Shown here: positions 38,963-52,626 of the stretch, one piece after another
How the letters are laid out: each line of letters opens with the position of its first letter
How positions within the stretch are numbered: position 1 is the stretch's first letter
Notes under the pieces: model-generated
Told to the model about the DNA's origin: nothing
What the model saw: only the letters and a program-made list of their open reading frames with translations
Database searches by the model: none
From: Eledone cirrhosa
Taxonomy: Eukaryota
NCBI GenBank assembly: GCA_964016885.1
Contig: OZ024740.1
Coordinates: forward strand, 96,658,001-96,722,000
Reading direction: 5' to 3'
Length of the DNA: 64,000 nt
Position numbers and translations under genes: made by a program

Positions 38963-39623
38963 TAAAACAATCTCTATACCTCTCATTTATATTTATACTC
39001 GGATTCTTTTCCTAGAGTGCTTAAACTATCTGTGACTAATCCCGGTTTTTTTTTCATAAAAACTGTGATAATTATTGCTATTTTGCTGAACTCCTTCGTA
39101 GAGTTTTTTTCAGAATGTATTTGACTGCTATTTCTTGTAAATAAACATTTCACTTCCATCCTGACGTCACTAGCCCCGTTTTTTCCTCATGTGCTTTTTC
39201 ATAAATACACATGAAGACGAACTAGCCAGTTTAAGAACTCCCTTTTTCGGATTATATTACTGTGAGAGCCCTGGTTTCTGTTGAGCTCTGCTGATGAATG
39301 AAATCCAACCGTGACCATCTCCACTGAAAGTTTTCATGAAATAGTTTTTTAAGACTATACAGAGCATTTGATGTTATTCCAAATTGAAGGATAAGTGTTT
39401 CAAACTTTATTTTATCATGAGTTAAAGGTCTATAGATTTTTCCCTGGATTTTACTAAATTCTGTGGATGAATTTATATCCTGATTCTCTTTTGAGATGAG
39501 TTTGAGTTATTTTTCCTAAATCTTTCGTTAACTACTTTTCCCATCTTGACGTTATAGTCGCATATATGTTATAGAATGCCGTTAGCTTCTTGCTAAAACA
39601 ATCTCTATACCTCTCATTTATAT
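38960..39623 (+). mobile_element. 631-bp-period non-coding element with 33-bp terminal direct repeat and HHR
   Basis: TGCTAAAACAATCTCTATACCTCTCATTTATAT at 38960 and 39591; embedded in (TA)n. Confidence 0.8.
39285..39365 (+). ncRNA. Complete type I hammerhead ribozyme
   Basis: Stem I GCTCTG/CAGAGC, CTGATGA, stem II ATGAAA/TTTCAT, GAA, stem III ATAGTTT/AGACTAT, AUA cleavage triplet (cut after 39359). Confidence 0.92.
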
Positions 39624-39727
39624 ATATATATGTATATATATATATTGATAGGTTGGAAAATCACTGAGGAAGGACTATTCTTTTCATATGTAAAGCATGT
39701 GCAACCACGCAGCACTCAATTCTTGTC

Positions 39728-39785
<58 letters not shown>

Positions 39786-39803
39786 TTCCATTTTCTATAA
39801 TGT

Positions 39804-39879
<76 letters not shown>

Positions 39880-39883
<4 letters not shown>

Positions 39884-40058
39884 GAAAGCCACCAATTATG
39901 GTACTGATCTATTGTCAAATACATTTTAAGCCCACCATCATTTAGTTTTTATACGTTTCCAATAGTAGTTCCTGTTTATTCAAACTATATTGTGAGATTT
40001 ATGGAACATCTAACTGCTATTTCTATGAATTCAAGCATCTGCTTAGACCGTCAGGGGG
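39880..40058 (+). repeat. Right arm of the ~180-bp inverted repeat
   Basis: Reverse complement of 36869-37047. Confidence 0.9.
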
Positions 40059-42568
40059 CCAACTCGATTCCAATAGTACTTCTAAGATATGTTTGTTTTT
40101 CCTTTTACTAAGATTACGAGAGAACTATATTAGTTGTTGTTATTGAATTTAGTTATATCTTATTTAAATGTGTAAAGGTATGATCGAAAGCTTTTTAGTA
40201 TTAACCGTTCGTAATATGTTTTAGTCCCTCCTTTAGAAAGAAATCATCATATTAAACGAGATCCATTTAGTGGCAGATTCTAGCAGCTCAAACGTCTAGG
40301 TTCAGGTTTATATCAGTCATATGCAGAATGTTAGATAAGTAAAATATATCAAGTGAACCAATGACATGAATTTCGATATCAGTAAATCCTCCCAAGAATT
40401 GATCAATTGACAAATTCAAATGTGTAATACGAAAATAGCTACAAGCGTTTTCACAGTTTCAATTTTCATAATTACAAATAATTAGCTAAGAAAAGTAACG
40501 CATGTCGATTAATAGTATGGAAGTGCATGTTCTATATAGTGCTCTGGGCAGCTTTTAGCATTTTTATACTTCATCGAATGTCATTGTGTTTGTTTTCGGC
40601 TTTTTAGGTTCTGGATTTTGGCTATCTGAGTTTAAATCCGGCTGAGTTCAGCTTTGCCTTTCATTCTTTCAGGGTTGATACATTCGAGTCCCAGTTAAGT
40701 ACTTGCGTCTATATAATCAACTTTATCTTTCGAACAATTTACTATCCTTAGAATGAAATATTACTATTCATTCTGGTACAATAGATTTCTGAAACCGTAT
40801 TAGATCAGTAGAGAGATTTTTTACAAATAGAAAAATAAATGTCACGAATACTTTTCACTAGTATAGCTTCAATATTTCAAAAACGTGAACGAAGGTTAAT
40901 AATATCTCTATGTAATAAAATAAATAATATATATTTCTAGTACTATAAAAAGCATGTGAATTTCCAATATTTGTAAATTTTGTTTACAATAAAATCCATA
41001 AATATAGTTTTAACATCTTTTCTCGCAAACATTTGTGCGAATGTTTTGTAAATTCTCAAACGTTTGGAGATATATTTATATATTTTCTGATATTTAAAAT
41101 TAGTTATGGAAATACTGTTACATAAAATATCGAATGTTTATTTATCTTCTTGATATTTTTCATTATTTCCCTTGCTGTTTCTGTTTTAGGTAATATAATG
41201 TTGTGAAATGAAGGCACATTCATACGAAGGACTTTGATGTATTATCTTCTTTTTTGTTTTGATTTTTTCATGAATAATTTTATATTCTTAATTCCTATTT
41301 AATCAAATTTTGTTGTTATCCCAACAAAATATTATTCAATGTAGCGTTTACTATCACCGGTGATTACAATAGAGTTAAATGGTAATATTTTCAGTTTTGA
41401 AGTTTATCTTCAATTTGGTTATTTAAGGAAATAATTGCAATGATTGTGGCCTTTAATATTACATTATTGTCTAGACATAGAGGCAACTTCATAATAAATT
41501 GGTTTTTCCTGTATACCTTTGAGAACCTCTATCGTATTCATATTAATGTCAATACAAATGACCACATCATAGTAAATTTTAATTCAATATCACAGAGAAA
41601 TTGAATTATTTTACAATAAACTACACAATATCAAACCTGCATATCTGCATATTCCAGTTACACTATGCCTTAACTTGTATTGTTGAACGCAGCAGTTAGT
41701 TTGATGTCATATTTCATTCAGGCAAATCCATTTACAATATCATATAAACTACCATTATAAAATATAGTAAACAACGATGATCCTCACCATTCAAATTATA
41801 TAGAATGCAGCAAAAATCCCCATCCATTTATCACAGCTTTCATTGTAAATGATGGCACATTCGTCGTTTAATTAGCTTGCCATCGTGAAATCTCCATCCT
41901 GGTCTGTAACGTTGGCTTCTCCAAGATTTGTACTCAGAGCACAAATATCAACAATAGAAACACCGTGAGTTCATACAACACCTTAAATTTCTGACAATTT
42001 GCTTGATGCACTATTCCCAATTTGACTAATTCTGTGGTTTATGCCTCAGCTGGAAATTTATAAGAGTTTACTTCTTATTTAGAGTGTGTTTCATGGAAAT
42101 TGTTTCATAAACAAATCACATTAATGGATATTATTTTCCATATGCTCCGGCTTTTGTCTCATGTTAATATCCTTATATTCTTCAAAGGGTAGTAATACAC
42201 CAAATGCTTATTAGATGGCATATCAATAATATTAACAAAACTTAATGATTTCAAAATAGGGTATATTGATGATGAAACACAACATATATTTGAACAATTA
42301 AGGTAAATTTAATGTTGATATATCTAGAGTCCTGCTTTTAAAGAGTTTATGTGAAAAGAATGAAGCGTAAACATGGCCAGCTTATCCTGTTCTCTGTGTA
42401 CAGAGAGTCGGTTGAATGTGTTCACATGTCATTTGTTTCCCAAAGAAGGCTTCTTGTTCGAAACTATACATATATGGTCATTGAATTGAACTTAAATATG
42501 TTCCGTTCCATTTTTCAGGTAGACCGTTCAATAGCTATGATTAATTTAGTTGATTTGAAATCTAATAC

Positions 42569-43181
42569 AGTATATTTGTGATGAAATAATCATCGTATTT
42601 AAGATGGATAAGGTGTTCATAAGAGTAGGTGGAATTGTCTTTATATATCTATTCATTTGGGTAAGGGCTTCACAATCTATGTAACGTGTATATCTGTCGT
42701 TAAATGATTGTTATGCCAGAGGAAAGAATAATACTGATGTTTAGTTAGGTCATGGGTGGTTTTAATATAGATTACGGATTTCATGTTTGTATCTACGGCA
42801 AGATTTAGTATGCGAAGAAGCGTAGAGGTCTATTTTAATGTTATCGGCAGGCTAGTAATGCAGTTTTTAAATATCAAGATACCATCATTCCTTTTTAAAT
42901 ACCTCCTATTGAATCGGGAAATTAAATATACGATTTTAAAAAGTGATCTGGAACAACCAGAGCTCCTATCAAATTCAATACATGTATGATCTCACATTTT
43001 CACTTGACGAAATTATAACTATAACAGCCACTGTCATTTTATAGCGAATATAAACATCCAATATTTTAAACGGCCGTAGTATATTTGTGATGAAACAATC
43101 ATCGTTTTTTTAGATTGATAAGGGGTTCATAAGAGTAGCTTCAATTGTCTTTATATATCTATTCGTTAGGATAAAGGCTTC
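42569..43181. repeat. Diverged ~100-bp direct duplication (42569-42671 / 43078-43181)
   Basis: AGTATATTTGTGATGAAA..AATCATCGT..GTTCATAAGAGTAG..AATTGTCTTTATATATCTATTC occurs twice. Confidence 0.8.
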
Positions 43182-45586
43182 GGCAAGCTCATTATAGATT
43201 AGGATTTTACTGCGGCTCCGTATTTATTCCAGCCGTGCTATGCCTTCCGCTCTTTCTGGGTTGATAACATAGAGAAACATTCCACGATTGTGAATTAGCA
43301 AACTTGCTGCAGCGTTGGAAATGGCGCCTAATTGTATAACTCTCGGTCCGTTACGTTCTGAGTTCACCTACGATGTCATTGAGGTAAACTTATATCAGTC
43401 TTCGCCATTTTAAAGGACAGTATTAATAGCGTGGAGAAGGGAAACTAAATGTGCATGTGTGGGTAGCTTTTAATTTCCCATTAAACAAAACCATCATTGT
43501 GCTCTGCCGATGATATTTCTAGGAGGCGAAATTTTATATCAAGTGAATTACACAAGTTATAAAATGTAAATTCCTGCATGCTAGATATAACCCACTACGA
43601 GAGCGAATAAAATACATAGAGCTAAATTGCAAATCTTTGTATGATTACTGGAGTTTCACTGATAGATGTGGTTGGGATTTCCTTTGGTAGAGACGTTCCA
43701 TAGTCAAATACACTTTTACGTTTGTAACCTATCCCATTTTAATCTGCTTGGCAGAGCCTATTAATTTTGATTCTCTGCCTCAAGACGTGAGACTATTCTG
43801 CATTAGAAATTATGAAACAGCATGTCAATATTGTACTGCTACAACAGTGGACTTGCTAATTGGTGGGGCTAATTGCTTCACCCAATATGTTATGAGCCAT
43901 GCTCTTGTAAAATTTTGCTTATCATTCGTTTGAATTCGATGAAATAAGTGGAAGTTAAATGATAGTCCCTAAATAGTGAAATCACCAACGAATTGTGTGA
44001 AATTGTATCTAACATGGAATGACATGTTAAATTATGTGATTACAGTGGTTATTCCGACTTTGCTTGAAGTACATAATTATAGCTACTTTCCCTGAACCAT
44101 CCTAGAATTTAATTTTTCCGTGTAAACTACAGGACACATATATGACGATTGGATATGAACTACAAAATCCGTTCCCCATTATCCAGCTCATTGTTGATTT
44201 ATACATTCTTTATCATTCTTGTTCTTCTATATACATATGTTTACGAATATATCTACGTTCAGATATGTATTACGTAATCAAATTTGGTATATGATATTTA
44301 CAATTTCAGTTATATAAGAGGGAGGTTTCAAAATCAAATTCAAATATGAGGCAGTTTTAATTAATTATTTATTTAGTGTTTAGGCACTGTTCAGCGATAG
44401 CATTTTTTGCTGCTATGTTCCATTCATTCTTTTCGGGAGAATGTTTAATACGACCCAATTGTGTGACTGGTACTTTATTTTATCGCAAAATGGTAATTAG
44501 CTAGCTCATCATATTTTTTGAATAACATATATGGCAAAATGATAAAAGCGTTAGGGTGTCATATTAAATACCTCAGAATACTATTCATCTCTGTGTCTTC
44601 TGATTTCAAACCTCTTTCAGGTGAAGTTGGACATTCCTCCTTTCCATAAATAACCTATTTATACTGGCACAGTCGGTTGATGACATTGATAAAAGTCGGA
44701 GGTGAGTTTGAGGTATATTCTCTCGTACTAGCCTCTATGAGTTCAATTACGACCTCATATCACAAATAAATCAGTGGTCACGGTGCATGTTGTTCCAGAT
44801 GTCAGCTAATATGAGCAATGGAAAAATCCATGCAAATTTGCTCTTCTTTTTACGATCTGATGATCAGCTTCTCTAATATGTTCCCATCATTGTTTAAATA
44901 ACAATATAACAATATGTATTTGGATGAATTTTAAATTGGATATAATTTGATGGGAACCTGCAGGTGTACAAGTGTAGCGAGTGTATGGTTATATCTACTT
45001 TAATGAAAAGGGCATTGTTGTAGAAATATTTGATGAAACAGAAATAGTAACCAGCTAGCCTCTAATTTGGAAGTCGAAGTTTCTTTCTAAGCGAATGCCA
45101 GCTAATCGCTGTATGACCTATATTTTGTTTGATACAAGATGTTTTGAAAAAAGTTACATGCGAATGTGATGTAGATAGATATGAGTCGATTACTTGTTTC
45201 CAGCAAGGTAATCACAGCTTAAGCTTGTGATGTCTCTGGTTGTTATTATTCAAACAATGTGTATTGCCAACTCTAGACAACAGGAGTAAGAGCGGAACAT
45301 GGATGTTAAAATAATGCAATATGGCATAGAAAGAGGGATGTTAAATTTCGTGTTGAAATATAGAATTAAGTAGGAAGAAATAAGACACAAGAAATGAAAT
45401 AGAGATAAACTTCAAGAAAGAGCAGAACAAATTATAGTGAGTATGAAAATTAACCAGAAGTTTATACAAAATAAAGAGGTTTCTATGACAGAGACAAAAA
45501 AGGAAAGACACACAGGGGATGCTATACTGGAGTGACAACGTATGATACGTGGAAGTAATAAAAAAGAAAAAAAATAACAGTTTCAA

Positions 45587-45672
45587 CAAGAAGAAGAAGA
45601 AGAAGAAGAAGAAGAAGAAGAAGAAGAAGAAGAAGAAGAAGAAGAAGAAGAAGAAGAAGAAGAAGAAGAAGA
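45587..45672 (+). repeat. (AAG)n microsatellite
   Basis: Read directly. Confidence 0.97.
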
Positions 45673-46771
45673 ATTAGTATGGCTATTGTATTTGTTGTTT
45701 TTTTTGCTGCTGTTTCTATATTAGTTATTCTAAATTTCAATAATTAACAATGTATAATATTTGAAATGGTATAATTTTTTATATGAACAATGACATCAAA
45801 TATGATACGCTTTGGTCAGACAAGGTCAACAGACAGAAATTAGTAGCCTGAAACACTGTTTATAAGTTTGCACAATATATTTTTTATAGTATTTAATCTA
45901 ATAACAATTCAATGGAATAATACACTGAATAAATATGAATAATTAAAATAATAGTTATTCATTTTTAATTATCTTCCATTAAAGAAGTTTAAATATCAAT
46001 ATTACTCAAATTGTTCGGGTTAATGTTAAGCATATTTATGAAACATTTTTGCGTATTAGCATGTATATAATGACAATATTGATACATTTTGTGTTACGTG
46101 TTTCTAATTAATTGAACAACTTTTCTGTCGTCAGCTGTCATATTTATTTGAATGTAAATATACATAACGAATATATTGTAATACACATCATATTCTCAAA
46201 TTTCAGTTGGTTTTAGAATAATTATATAATATTGTTATAAAATAGAAGAATCATTCTGACGATAAATATATGCACACTGGTGTGTGTACACATTTTTATT
46301 ATTAACAATTACATAATTAGTTCAGTAATTGATTAATTAAATAAATAATTAAGTAATGGATAATACAAACAATTAGATACAACAGGTGTTTGTGAGATTC
46401 TCGTCAAGGACATAGCAGAATTCCGAAGATATTGGTTTCGAAACATTATTCCACCTACACTGTGCAAACACACACACACACACAAACACACACAGGCAAA
46501 CACATATATATATAATGTCTTTTCACAACTCCCCCACACACACTCGGAACTCTCTTCCTACCCACTTTTCTCCTGATGAAGAGCTTATGCCCTAAACGTT
46601 GTTCCCCACCCACTCTCAAAAGCGTGAACCTAATGTGTACTGCGTCTCTGTTTTTGTTCCCGTCTAAGTTTTAACTATATATATATAGATGTGTTTGTGT
46701 GTGTATTTGTGTGAGTGTGTTTGTGTGTGTGTGTGTGTGTAAGCGTGTGTGTGCGTGTGTGTGTATGTATG

Positions 46772-46806
<35 letters not shown>

Positions 46807-46899
46807 GCTTATACGCCTTTTACTCTCATGTTTATTGTTTTACACTTTTGTATCTAATATATTTGAATATTTCAATATTTTGTATAATTCTTCTTCTCC

Positions 46900-48260
46900 C
46901 AGCTACACCTACTTTCTTCTGAAGACTAAATGCATGCTGAAAGTGGTGCATAATTTCACCAGCGCCGGTCGGTGTGTCTTGCACTAATACAGCAACGTGA
47001 CTTCTATAACTATGAACACGATCTCTAGGTATTTGATCTTCTCCACTTCTGCAGTGGAATTCCAGGCAAATGTAAAATGTGCTGTGTGGGCGTCTTTAAG
47101 TGCCTCCGACATCGCACCATTGCTTTTCCTTCTTGTAATGCAACATTCGGCAGCAAAACTATTACTTGTATTTCAGAAATCCCCTTCACTCAAATGAAGT
47201 TATACACCCACCGATCTGGAAAATAATTCCAAATTGACTGCACAATACAATCCTCTTTTTGAATATCAAGAACATGAGAGGTGATAGTACGCAGCCTTGG
47301 TGGAATGGTTTCAACTTAGCACCATTTATCGAAACACAGGGGTAACAATAAGCTGTACATCGATCTCATGATCTATAGAACCTTCCACAAAATAACCCAC
47401 AGAACACAGTCATATGCCGTTTAGAGGTCTACGAAACAAATATACACCTCTTGCAATACTACGTTTATTTATCAAATACTTACTACTGTGTGAATATTTT
47501 GCGGTTGTGCTGTATCTGTGATGATAACCACATTGTTTATGGGCTTGGATTAGACAATTTTCCCGACATACCTTTCCAGTACTATCCTTTCCACTTCTCG
47601 AGTTCAGGATTCACGTCAATGAAGAAAGTAAAAACGCAGTCACGTTCTTGATAGTAGAGATGGAGCGGGTTCTTTTCATTATGAAGTCGGTATCAGTCTG
47701 CAAAAATAGTTCATTTCCAGATCTTAAGACTGTTTCCAGATTAAATACAAAGTCTCCTTGTGTCTTAACATGGGCGTTTCTGCTGTAACATTTCGTACAT
47801 GTTTTTGACGCAATGGCAAGGGTGGGGGCATTTCCAAACCATGTATTGCAGGACTCATTCGTTGATCGAATTGATCGCTGTCTTCTTGGTTAAACTAAGA
47901 GATCTTCCTGCCGTCCGGCACTAGATAAAACTACTTTAATCCCAGTATCATTACATTTCTCCATCTCCCGTATTAGTTTAGCACTGTTGATCCGATGTTG
48001 CTTATTCGTCCGGCAGGTGACCGCTTACATATTAATTTGCCATCACACCTAGTGGAATAATCGCCATTATCCACACGCGACACGCTCTCTAGAGGAATAT
48101 CTCATCAGAGGACACACACACATGTAGCCCTTTAGAATATGTTTAGTAATTGCACCAACTGCACATGAGTTCACTGTTCTCACCTGGTCGTGGTTTAAAT
48201 CGTTCATCTACCCGCTTTATATTTTAATGGTGGACCTTTTGACAACAGCGTGATTATAGA
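46900..48260 (-). mobile_element. Possible highly decayed Tc1-like transposon
   Basis: GC-richer ~1.3-kb block with faint Tc1-like peptide remnants; no clean DDE motif or TIR found. Confidence 0.3.
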
Positions 48261-48435
48261 ATGTCTAACTCTTACATTTCTATTTGGGCACGCACACACA
48301 GACATATAGGAGTGTGTGTGTGTCTGTATATACATACTTGTCAATCTATACTGATATAGATATATATTAAAAAAAAAAAAAAAAAAAGTATATATATATA
48401 TATATATATATAAATGTGTGTGTGTGTGTGTGTGT

Positions 48436-48471
<36 letters not shown>

Positions 48472-49060
48472 CATATATAGAGTTATAAATTCAAAATACT
48501 CTTTTACAATTAAAATTGTACACGGCTCGGAAATATTCCTTTCTTTGAGCTATTTAATTGTAAAATACTATTTTGAGTTTATAACTCACTATATGATATT
48601 CTTGGCTCTATACGTAGAGTCCCATAAAATCGGCTACTAATTTTAGCGGCACGAGTATGAGACGCGTGAGGCGCTGTGACATGTGCGTTCAACAACACAT
48701 ATTTCTTAGTCTTCTTAAATCTTTAAAGTGAAAGGTACGAATTTGCTGGATACCCCCAAAAGAGCATAGTGATAGTGGCTTTCACTTAATAATTGTTGCG
48801 AAACAGATTTAGAATCTGTCCGGGTATGAAGCGCGATTGCCGGTTATAGGTTCGTTATGTTTATTGATTTATTACTTTAAATCCTGAGAGGCAAACCATA
48901 TTTACTTAAATTAGTATTTTTCAACCTAGCTAACTTGGTCATTTACAATTCGAACACATGTATACTTGTATCGGAGTTCATCCCTCTTATATATTCATTT
49001 GTATATATATATATATGGGGGGGGGGGGGTATTTATATATATATATGCATATATATATGT

Positions 49061-49152
<92 letters not shown>

Positions 49153-49178
49153 GGGGGATATTTATATTTATATATATA

Positions 49179-49241
<63 letters not shown>

Positions 49242-49243
<2 letters not shown>

Positions 49244-49848
49244 TGGCTGCCAACTCGTTTTCGAGTACGGCCACTACTGTATATCCATGTAGGAGAGCCC
49301 CTACCGATGCGCTGACGAGTGTGACATTTTAGTCAAGCCAGCGACTTGAAAACTCTGGTACAACTACTACACTTATGACAATTATTGACAAATAGTGCTG
49401 GGCCCATGGTACCAGGTGACGACAAGTGCAGAGAGATCTCCAGATATAAAGCAATGTCTGTACCGTGAAGCTTTTATAGTGAGCAAAGGCACTGCACAAA
49501 GCCAGTCCCACTCTCTTAACCAAGATTATATTTACCAAAAAGAAGAAAAAGTCAGCATCATTGGATACCATCAGGGTTGCATGTGTTATATCAGAGTTTT
49601 CCTTCTCCTAGAATTCTGCTTTTAAAAAGGCTAAGGGGTCATCTCTCCTGGTGATTTTGGATGGCCATTGACTCTTAAGAGCTCCTTTGCCCTTTGACAG
49701 GTTTTGTTTTTAGTCCTGCAGGATGTCCAAAGTCACCCTCCTCACCAAGAAACCTCGGTGGGGTTGCCAGTTTAGTCGCCAACGACCCGACCATGAGACA
49801 GGTTGTAATGGGATAATGTTACCAGTAGCACCAAGTGGTGACCTGACA
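49242..49848 (-). mobile_element. Probable non-autonomous RTE-related repeat within (TA)n
   Basis: GC-rich structured block resembling RTE 5' leaders as recalled, not verified; TA flanks. Confidence 0.35.
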
Positions 49849-51012
49849 TAAATATATATATATACATATATATACATGTGTGTGTGTTTGTGTGATTATA
49901 TATGTATATATTCTACAAAAGTCTATGATCATGTATATATGTGCTTTTTTAAAATATATTTTGATTTTGTAGGGAACACTTCACCCCTACCAATGCAAAT
50001 CGTCTGACATCCTAAATCAGTCTTCTTTAAACTATCTTTGAAAGAGGCTGAAAGTTAGTATGAAGGCTTCACTTAATGTCAATATAAAGGTTATTTGTAA
50101 GGCCAAAATGTTTCAAAGAAATTCTATTACTAGTGGAAAAAAGAAAACAAGAAGAACTCTTCAAAAGGTCTCTAATGGTTTATGGAATTTACCATGAATA
50201 CATAAAATTAATGATGTCAAATCAACACACACAACATAACATTCTGTTGTCAAAACTATAATGTTCTATTGATTACTAGTCAATAGGTTGAACTTGTTTT
50301 GATGAACCGCAGTCAGGAAAGGGACGTTATGTTACTAAAGGGGTCAGCTAACCAAGACAATGACATGCCAAATGATCTTTGTCTCGTAAAAATAATTGAA
50401 GTATTTCAGTTCTGATTTGAATAGAGAATGAGAGTAATAAATACATTTGTGCTGAGACAAATTCCCTTTCAATTTGTATGACATTTATAAGACAAAGTTC
50501 ATAGAATATAACAGACATTCTTTACCTTTTCCTTATCATGTTCCTAAAGGAAAACATTGCCTGTTATGTTCAAGTAATTGTGAATGGCGAAGGTGTTATA
50601 ATATAATTATTTGTTGCTATTATCTGCTATTTTGAGTATTGCTTTTCAAAGACACTTATATACAATTATTATAAGAATTATTTAAACTGATATAAACACT
50701 TTAAAATAAACTTATTTCTATATAGTTTTAAGGATGGTTTCCGGATATTTCATATCAATCTTAAAATGCAATTTGATCTGTAGTTATATTTGTTCATATG
50801 AATGATACATATATTTAATGATAGACATATTTAATGCATATTTTGTTATATTGTGAGTAATTCTCTAAGTTATCAACATATTTCATAATTAAGGTTCCAT
50901 ATTTGAAAATATATGACCCTTAATAACGAAAGAAGATGATAATTTAGAGAACTACAAACCCTATAACACATATGTATTAAATATGTATTTATTGAGGATA
51001 CTTATTTAACAT

Positions 51013-51163
51013 TCGGTAGAGGGTCAGACAACATACTTTGCAGCACAGAGTTATGGTCCTTTACTTTATGAGTTCAAATGGCGCCGAGGTTGACTTTGCC
51101 TTCCATCCTTACGAGCTCGATAAAATAAAGTGCCACAAATGTACTGGGGAAATTGCTGGCCTT
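51013..51163 (+). mobile_element. SINE copy
   Basis: GAGTTCAAAT..GCCTTCCATCCTTACG..GATAAAATAAAGTGCC. Confidence 0.85.
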
Positions 51164-51744
51164 TATACAATTATATAAAAATATAGATATGTAACAGGAG
51201 AGAATCCAGCCAAATCAAAAGAAGATAATTGCTTTTGACATAGCCGCCGTAAGCAATGTCTCAACACTCGGCCACCACAGCTCTCCCAGGCATACGAAGA
51301 AGAAGAAGAAGAAGAAAATATGTTTGATGTGGTTGTGTTGCTGCTCTTTGTATATTAGTTATTGTAAATTTAAACAATTAAAAAGGTATCATATTTGTTG
51401 AAATACCGAGAAGGTTTCAATAAATTGTAGTCCATTTGTTTCGTTAAATTTCATAAAACATATTTCGTATTTGTGACTTTCGAAATTGAAAAATTTTATT
51501 TTTATGAATATAAGAATATATTTTTATGTAAATAACACCGGTGTATCATATTACTAAACCCAGCTCTGTTTCAATACTGTTTAATTAAAAGTATTAAATT
51601 TTAACGAGCGACTCACTGGACTCAGAATATATGACACCTTCCTAATCGGGGAATTGAAACGTTGCAGCTCAGATTTATAATATCTTTGCCAGATCAAACG
51701 AAAATCTAGCCCAAACTGTGTCGTTCATAACGTATACGATTTGA

Positions 51745-51905
51745 TCGGACGCCATGCTTTGAAGCATAGAGTTACCTCCCTTTATGATCTGAGTTCAAAT
51801 CCCGCTGAGGTTGACTTTGCCTTTCATCCTTACGGGGTCAATAAAATAAAGTACCAGTAATGCACTGCGTATTTTTTGGCCTTGTGCCAAAAGTAGAAAC
51901 AATTA
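51745..51905 (+). mobile_element. SINE copy
   Basis: B box, core and AGTAGAAACAATT tail. Confidence 0.9.
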
Positions 51906-52626
51906 TAGTACAATTTCAGCTCAATTGACTGGAGGAGCATGAGATAAATGTATTTTCCAAGTTCGCAGCGCGCTACTTGGTTCAGAATTCGAACCATTGA
52001 TTGTATGATAATGAAACCAACAAACAAATAACTAGGCCCTTCGCCTACACAGTTAATTGTAGGCTGTTTTGTAAATGTATATGTCTAACGTAAGTTAGAC
52101 CTATTATTACCTGCTAGAAGTGTTACTTTTTAGATCACACACTGTATTTAAGTAGTGTATATCTTATCTACCACATATTTCTAAGAATAAAAACGACAGT
52201 CGAGGATGGACGTATATTCTTTCACATAGTGTAGGTGTGTAATTAATCTTCTTGCTGTTTGACAACACTACAACATATACAAACATATTCGTTAATACAA
52301 TAACTGCATCTCAATGTACATTATAGAAGGAAATAAATTTTAACCGATTGTTTAACAAATAAATGACAGATAATTGACAGAGATGTTGCAACATCGGAGA
52401 GAATGTTTTGTGGTATTCCTTTTGACTTTCTGCTCTCTGAGTTCAAATCCCGCTGAGGTCAACTTTTACCTTTCATCCATGCCTGGTTGAGGAAAATCTA
52501 TTGGAGTCGATTCACCCTCAATATTTCTTATCGCTTCTATTTCTCTCACTCTATCCTAATCTGGAAGAAAACTGCAATATTCAAACCTTGAAATTCCATG
52601 GGCTCTGCCAGGTTTTGAAGATATCC

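Noticed and set aside
41171-41240. Splice-acceptor-like sites (also near 49972)
   Set aside because: No coherent open exon with a donor; no host gene can be supported.
41400-42960. Possible very old PLE/RT remnant on the minus strand (also 3000-4400)
   Set aside because: Only faint motifs such as KYDD; too decayed to support a call.
46573-46600. CTGATGAAGAGC..GCCCTAAACGTT hammerhead-like relic
   Set aside because: G12 missing, stem II mismatched, no stem I.
48935-49332. [10 protein letters not shown] and poly-L ORFs here and elsewhere
   Set aside because: Translations of (TA)n, (TG)n and (AAG)n microsatellites.
49698-49845. Possible HDV-like or twister ribozyme on the minus strand (GGTCACC/GGTGACT helix)
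   Set aside because: L3/P1.1 and twister consensus motifs are absent and a competing hairpin exists.
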